From NCBI GenBank assembly GCA_963677895.2, contig CAXXGJ010000025.1, positions 288,001-352,000 of the forward strand: 64,000 nucleotides of DNA, given 5' to 3'. Within the stretch, counting starts at the first letter, position 1, and each line of letters starts with the position of its first letter. Both the position numbers and the translations under genes were made by a program. Below are positions 58,805 to 64,000 of this stretch, piece by piece. This DNA comes from Treponemataceae bacterium (GTDB lineage Bacteria; Spirochaetota; Spirochaetia; Treponematales; Rectinemataceae). The notes below the pieces were generated by a model. The model was not told the DNA's origin, did not search any database, and was given only the letters and a program-made list of their open reading frames with translations.

Positions 58805-61068
58805 TCTTCTCCTAAAAGGAAGCCTTTGTGCAGGCTGACCTGCATCACCGAACCGACCCGGATCGAAATGGGGGCGCCGCTCGCCACGTCCTCACCCTCG
58901 AGCACGTAGTCCTTCTCGGTTTTCCGAAGGTTCACCGGCCTCACGGCCACGGTTCTTATCTCGCCTTCGATCGCCCATCGTATATCGAGCCTTGAATACT
59001 TGGCTTTGAGAGCGGCCTGGATGACGCGCACTTTTCCGTTGAAATCCAGTCCGCGCGCGGAAAGCCCGGCTTCGGAATACCTCGCGACATGACCTGTTTT
59101 GGAGTCCGCGGTTTCCGATCCAACCATAGCATGGAGTTGGGGAAGGGTATAGATCAGTTTGCGCTTCAGCCTTTCCTCGAGTCTTTTCCTGAATTCGGGG
59201 GTGATGGGAAGCCTGGATATCTCGGAAACCAGAAGAGGTTCCGGATCGATGGCCTCATCGGCCGCGAAGGCCAATGCGCCTGGCTCGGCGAAATCCATGG
59301 TCGCCCCGAGGTTCCCGAAATCGGCCTCTGAAACCGCGTCATGCGTTTCGCGCGCGATGTCGCCATGCGCCGCGTCGTTATGCGCCAGGTCGCCCTGCAC
59401 CGAGTCGCCGCGCGCCGCGTTGCCGTCATGAGAAGGAGTGACCCCAGGACCTCCCGGCGCGCGGCGGCTCTTCCCCGAAGCCGCCTTCGCCGAGCTGCGC
59501 ATCGCCGGTGGAGGCAAGCCGATATCGATCAGGGCCTTCTCGATGATCGAAGCCTGTATCGTACCGAAAAAATAAATCCCCTCGCCCAGCATCTCGTGGG
59601 GAAACCGCGAAAGCGTCCCGCTCTGCTCGATGATCTTGGCCGAGCTTTTATCGGCCGAAAGCACATACCCGCGGAAAAGCCTTATGGAATTATACTCCTC
59701 TTCCCAGGCGCGGATATCGAAACTGAGAGCTTGCGGAACAGGCATGCCGCTCATCCTTCCAAGCATGCGCTCGATATCCTCTATGGACCGGCCGGAAGCG
59801 AAAGCCCTCCTGATCGAAGCGCGCGTCAAGGTAATTTCCCAGGCTCCCGACGCCGCGACCAGGATCCCTATGTCGAGCAACGCGACGATGTCGCGGATGG
59901 AAGCGGAAGGAAGGATGTGGATGAGACCGGAACCATCGACGGAGATCGCGGCGTGGGCATCCTCCGAGACCGCTCGCCATTGAACCGACAATCTCTCGGG
60001 TACGCACTGGAGCCCGCCTTCCGTTTCCTCAAGGAGACCGAAAGTCCTGAGGGCAGCCGCGACGGCCTCGGAAAACTCATCGGAAACGTTGCCGTTCGGC
60101 AGCAGACGTATGAACCTGCCAAGCCCCGAGGGAGAGAAGGAAAAACGCTTCCCGAAGAAAGGAGCGAAGGACTGCGCCAGCATGCCGCTCTGCGTGGCGC
60201 CCGGATTCCCGGCCGTCAGGCCGACGAGGGCAAAAGCGAAATCGCCCGAATGCGAAACAAGCAGCTCGGAAAAAGCCTTGAAATCCGCGGACATCCCATG
60301 TTCGTCCCTCGAGGCGATCTTCGCGGCCAAAAGCGCGTGGATAATCGCTTCCACGATGCCGGCGCCGGCGGGATCGCCCGGAAAAAGAACCGAGAGCCTT
60401 TTCCTGGCGCGAATCGAGAGCTGGCCGCTCTTCAGGAGAATATCGCGGTACTCCTTCAGAAGGGCGTAGGTTATAAGCCCCAAATCCTGCACCGAAAGCA
60501 GCGCGGGCGGCGGCCCCTCGCGGAGGAATTCCCGCGCCTCGGCGGCCATCCCCGACCCGGCTTTCCCCGACTCGGCCCCCTCCGTATCGCCCCCCCACAT
60601 CCGCCGCTCCCCGGAATCGGTTCCGAAAAGAATGTCGGCGCGCGCTGCGCCCGCCCGCGCGGCCGCGGAAAAGAAAGGATTCACCGCGTAGATATTTTCC
60701 TTCACGCTGAAAATGAGCAGCCGCTCGCCCAGGTTCGCCAGCCTGTAGTCCAGCTCGTGGTAGGAAACCTCCCCCGCGAGGCTTTTCTGCAGCAAAAGCC
60801 TGTCGGCCTCGCCGGCCACGTAAATCGTCCCCACGATGAGCTTGTCGAGCCTGTCCATCATGGCCACGGCGGCGCGCTGGACATCGGGAGCCGACAGCAT
60901 GGCGCCAAGGCTGCTGACAATCTTTTCCTTGTCCGCGGCGACGCGTTCGCTCTGTCCCAGATAATTGCGGGCGAGCCCCTGGAGCCGGCCCGCGTTGTCG
61001 TTGAGCATCGTCTCGCGCCACTGAGCGACCCACATTTCATTCATAGTATCGATATTCACTATTTTCAC
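58801..61068 (-). CDS. XPB-associated protein (Helicase_C_3-like domain plus C-terminal WYL-like domain)
   Basis: LTRASIRRAFASG...VPQALSFDIRAW resembles the XPB N-terminal domain; C-terminal IQAAL...VRPVNL...EG.D...IRVGSV is WYL-like; no Walker motifs seen; GTGA overlap with the helicase. Confidence 0.7.
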   Translation of the reverse strand: MKIVNIDTMNEMWVAQWRETMLNDNAGRLQGLARNYLGQSERVAADKEKIVSSLGAMLSAPDVQRAAVAMMDRLDKLIVGTIYVAGEADRLLLQKSLAGEVSYHELDYRLANLGERLLIFSVKENIYAVNPFFSAAARAGAARADILFGTDSGERRMWGGDTEGAESGKAGSGMAAEAREFLREGPPPALLSVQDLGLITYALLKEYRDILLKSGQLSIRARKRLSVLFPGDPAGAGIVEAIIHALLAAKIASRDEHGMSADFKAFSELLVSHSGDFAFALVGLTAGNPGATQSGMLAQSFAPFFGKRFSFSPSGLGRFIRLLPNGNVSDEFSEAVAAALRTFGLLEETEGGLQCVPERLSVQWRAVSEDAHAAISVDGSGLIHILPSASIRDIVALLDIGILVAASGAWEITLTRASIRRAFASGRSIEDIERMLGRMSGMPVPQALSFDIRAWEEEYNSIRLFRGYVLSADKSSAKIIEQSGTLSRFPHEMLGEGIYFFGTIQASIIEKALIDIGLPPPAMRSSAKAASGKSRRAPGGPGVTPSHDGNAARGDSVQGDLAHNDAAHGDIARETHDAVSEADFGNLGATMDFAEPGALAFAADEAIDPEPLLVSEISRLPITPEFRKRLEERLKRKLIYTLPQLHAMVGSETADSKTGHVARYSEAGLSARGLDFNGKVRVIQAALKAKYSRLDIRWAIEGEIRTVAVRPVNLRKTEKDYVLEGEDVASGAPISIRVGSVMQVSLHKGFLLGEE

Positions 61069-62747
61069 TCATCCCATGTTTCGATCGCATAACGGTACCC
61101 TTGTTCGATGAGGAACCGTCTGCGGTTGTCGGCGAATTCTTCTTCCACGCTGTAGCGTGAAACCAGAGAATAGAAAAAGCTGTTCTGCTGTTTGGGCCTC
61201 AATATGCGGCCCAGCCGCTGCGCTTCCTCCTGCCTGCTGCCGAAGGAGCCGGAGACCTGGATGGCCACCGACGCGTCGGGCAGATCGATGGCGAAGTTAG
61301 CCACCTTCGAGACGACCAGAAGCCTGATCTCCCCGGTCCTGAAAGCGGCATACAACGTTTCCCGCTCGGCCTCGGGCGTCGCGCCCGTGATGAGGGGAGC
61401 CTTGAGCAGGGCGGCGTAGCGCTTGAGCTGCTCGATATACTGTCCGATGACGAGAATTCCCTCGCCCGCGTGATGCTCGGCCAACGCGAGCACGACATCT
61501 TCCTTCATGGGATTCTCCGCGGCGATGCGGATCTTCGCGCGCTGGGTGGCCACGGCATAGGAAAGCCTCGTATCGTCGTTCATCTGGATGCGAACTTCCC
61601 TGCACCAGGCTTCCGCTATGAAACCCTTCTTCTCGAGCTCTTTCCAGGGTACGTCATAACGCTTGGGTCCTATGAGGCAGAAGACATCCTCTTCCTTGCC
61701 GTCCTCCCTCACGAGGGTAGCCGTCAGGCCGAGGCGCCGAACGGCCTGCAGTTCGGCCACCACCCTGAAGACCGGCGCCGGAAGCAGGTGGACTTCGTCG
61801 CAGACGATGAGGCCCCAGGGTTCGCGCCGCAGTATGCCGAAATGCGGAAAGTCGGCGTTCTTGTCGGGACGCCAGGTGAGGATCTGGTAGGTCGCTATGG
61901 TGATGGGTTTGATCGTCTTGCTGGCGCCCGTGTATTCCCCGATCATATCGGGGTCTATATCCGTCTTGGCGATGAGTTCGTCCCTCCATTGGTGGACGGC
62001 GGCGATGTTCGTCGTGATGACGAGGGTGGTCCGCCCCACGGCCGCCATGGCCGCCATGCCGACGATCGTCTTTCCCGACCCGCAGGGAAGGACGATGACG
62101 CCGTATCCGCTTCCGGGGCGATTGCCCCCGATAAAGGAAGTGACCGCTTCGATCTGGTAAGGACGCATGTGCCAGCCGGTTTCGGCATCCCCGAATTTCA
62201 GGGCTAAAGGCAGGGGGCTGCCGTCCCTCAGCGATGCTTCGTCCTGGACGGGCCATCCGCGCTTCAGCATTTCGATCTTCACGGTCCCCCTGTCGACGAG
62301 ACGAAGCGAAAACCCCTCCTTGCAAGGCGAAAGCCATTTACCCAGGCCCCTGTCGGAACGGATCTGACGCTCCAGCGTCGAATCGCGGCAGACGAGGATG
62401 AGGCGAGGCACAGCCTCCGGGGCCTCGGCCTTGGCGTCCACCAGTACGAGGGCGCCGAAACGGGCCATGGTGTCCTTCACGATGAAGGGAATGTCCCTCG
62501 GCAGATCGTAGCGCGTGAAGCCGGAAAGCGAGGCCACCACATCATCGGGCGTCAGTCCAGCCGCCGCCGCGTTCCACAGGGAAAGCGGCGTTATGCGATA
62601 GGTATGGAGATGCTCGGGGCTCTTCTCGAGAAGGGCGAAGGTGCCCAGGGCTTCCCTCGCCTCTTCGAATCGGGAGGCGTGGACATCGAGAAGGACGGAG
62701 AGATCGCTCTGCACGATCATCGGTCCTGAATTCGGCGTTGCGTTCAT
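61065..62747 (-). CDS. bacterial XPB/Rad25 DNA helicase
   Basis: IVQSD, KSPEHLHTYRITPLSLWNA, LPCGSGKT, DEVH, GLTATLVRED, GSRQEEAQRLGRILR. Confidence 0.93.
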   Translation of the reverse strand: MNATPNSGPMIVQSDLSVLLDVHASRFEEAREALGTFALLEKSPEHLHTYRITPLSLWNAAAAGLTPDDVVASLSGFTRYDLPRDIPFIVKDTMARFGALVLVDAKAEAPEAVPRLILVCRDSTLERQIRSDRGLGKWLSPCKEGFSLRLVDRGTVKIEMLKRGWPVQDEASLRDGSPLPLALKFGDAETGWHMRPYQIEAVTSFIGGNRPGSGYGVIVLPCGSGKTIVGMAAMAAVGRTTLVITTNIAAVHQWRDELIAKTDIDPDMIGEYTGASKTIKPITIATYQILTWRPDKNADFPHFGILRREPWGLIVCDEVHLLPAPVFRVVAELQAVRRLGLTATLVREDGKEEDVFCLIGPKRYDVPWKELEKKGFIAEAWCREVRIQMNDDTRLSYAVATQRAKIRIAAENPMKEDVVLALAEHHAGEGILVIGQYIEQLKRYAALLKAPLITGATPEAERETLYAAFRTGEIRLLVVSKVANFAIDLPDASVAIQVSGSFGSRQEEAQRLGRILRPKQQNSFFYSLVSRYSVEEEFADNRRRFLIEQGYRYAIETWDE

Positions 62748-62796
62748 TCGGGGCGTTTTCCTATGGAAAAATACTCTTTCATCACGGTATAAAGAT

Positions 62797-63483
62797 TCAT
62801 CGCTTCTTCGCTTTCATTCCTTCATCCATGCGGCGTTTCGCCAGGTCAAGGTTGCGCGCGATCGGGATGCTCCTGGAAATATTGAAAGCTTTTTCGAAAA
62901 GCTCGGCCGCCTCGGCCGGCTTCTTCAATGTATCGAGATAAATCGCCCCCGCGTTGTTCAACGCCGGCCAATTGGTTTCATCCAGCTCGAAGGAACGCAA
63001 GAACTCTTCTATGGCCTTTTCGTAGTCGCCCTGGTCGCGCAGGATCTGAGCCTCCCCGAAAATCTTCATGGATACCCGGGTTCTCTCGAATGACTTTTCG
63101 TCGGCGCAGGCGATATGCCTTTTCTCTATGAGAGGGCGGAGGGCTTCGGCCTTTCCGCCGGGGGCGCATTCGGGCTCGTTCAGGGCGAGAGCGTAGCGCT
63201 TTTCGGCTTCCTTCCTCTTGCCCATGGCATAGGCGAGATCGGCGAGGGCTGAATGGCGATGGAAGGTGCGGCCGTAGAGCTTCTCCTCCTTGAGCAGATA
63301 GCGTTCGGCGCCCTCGGCGTCTCCCTTGGCCATGAGAATCACCCCGAGATTCCTGAGTACGCTTATCGAGTTCGGTTCTTTTATTTCCAGCTTGCGGAAC
63401 CACTTCTCGGCTTTTTCATAATCGCCGGAAATATAGGCGTTGAGGCCGAAACGTTCGTACAGGTTGGGGAAAAATCCTTGCAT
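62797..63483 (-). CDS. tetratricopeptide repeat protein
   Basis: Repeated GDYEKA..F, NLG, ALNNAG helical TPR patterns; start uncertain. Confidence 0.8.
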   Translation of the reverse strand: MQGFFPNLYERFGLNAYISGDYEKAEKWFRKLEIKEPNSISVLRNLGVILMAKGDAEGAERYLLKEEKLYGRTFHRHSALADLAYAMGKRKEAEKRYALALNEPECAPGGKAEALRPLIEKRHIACADEKSFERTRVSMKIFGEAQILRDQGDYEKAIEEFLRSFELDETNWPALNNAGAIYLDTLKKPAEAAELFEKAFNISRSIPIARNLDLAKRRMDEGMKAKKR

Positions 63484-63531
63484 CCCTATAATGTCCCACA
63501 AAAGCCCGGTCAATGTACAGAGCCGGGATCT

Positions 63532-63999
63532 TCAGCCTCCCCCTCCTTTCGCGATCGTGAGCGCTATGGGAAGATGGTCCGAAAAGCCCGAAAAACCGTT
63601 CCACGCTGCCGGATAGCCATTCTCGTCGAGAAGCGAAGGATCCCCGCTCACCATGAAGCGGAGGAACTCCGGGCCCTTGCCGTCGAGGAGGGCGGGACCG
63701 AGAAGAAAACCGTCGAGGCGCTCTTCCTCGCCGCCGAATATGTAGCTGAACCCCTCATTCCCGTACCAGGGAGAATAAAGAACCGTCCCCTCCCCTCCCA
63801 GGGAAGCGTCCGACGGCCGCCCCGAAACGCGAATTACCCCATCGAGCCATTCTTCCGGAACGCCGCCGCTCCCAGGCTCCGGAGCGTGCGATGATCCGCG
63901 GGGATCGGGCATGAAGGCGGTCGGATACCTTCTCCCCGCCCTTTCGAACTCATCGGGCGATTCGTTGAAATCGCCGCAGACGACGACGCAGCGCCCGGG
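63532..63999 (-). CDS. endonuclease/exonuclease/phosphatase (EEP) family protein, 5' end outside window
   Basis: Frame open to the window edge: VVCGDFNE...ERLDGFL...FSDHLPI. Confidence 0.8.
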   Translation of the reverse strand, partial: PGRCVVVCGDFNESPDEFERAGRRYPTAFMPDPRGSSHAPEPGSGGVPEEWLDGVIRVSGRPSDASLGGEGTVLYSPWYGNEGFSYIFGGEEERLDGFLLGPALLDGKGPEFLRFMVSGDPSLLDENGYPAAWNGFSGFSDHLPIALTIAKGGGG

Positions 64000-64000
64000 A

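Noticed and set aside
63484..63513. Leaderless promoter for the TPR gene
   Set aside because: TTGACC-17-TATAGG leaves only 1 nt before the ATG, and the alternative hexamer GACATT is weak, so it was not counted

Overview
GC-rich chromosomal window, most likely from a spirochaete (inferred from the ribosomal/RNAP protein sequences, the paired SPFH genes, the bacterial XPB pair and the extra gene after rplQ). 1-9.6 kb: 3' part of a PPi-type PEP carboxykinase, hutI, a rarD-like EamA transporter and a complete livJHMGF ABC operon. 9.6-40.5 kb (minus strand): one uninterrupted transcription/translation supercluster (tRNA-Thr, rpmG, tRNA-Trp, secE, nusG, rplKAJL, rpoBC, rpsLG, a divergent EF-G paralogue, tuf, S10, spc, alpha), ending in a 56-aa C4 zinc-ribbon ORF that the ORF track misses. 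40.5-64 kb: mixed housekeeping and accessory genes (murJ, ltaE, Cof-type HAD, VanY-like peptidase, UDG-fold protein, DUF2804, alpha/beta hydrolase, NfeD plus two SPFH genes, SDR, DUF819, a class-III aminotransferase with an SCP2-like partner, group-X PFK, a phytoene-desaturase-like/Fe-S fusion, and a coupled XPB helicase / XPB-partner-WYL / NYN-LOTUS trio preceded by TPR and EEP genes). No CRISPR array, rRNA, transposase or prophage was seen. Best candidates for something new: the XPB-partner-NYN operon, the FumI-like aminotransferase plus SCP2 module, the small zinc-ribbon ribosomal-operon gene, and a recurrent leaderless-promoter architecture. All family calls come from motif recognition by eye; no database searches were run.
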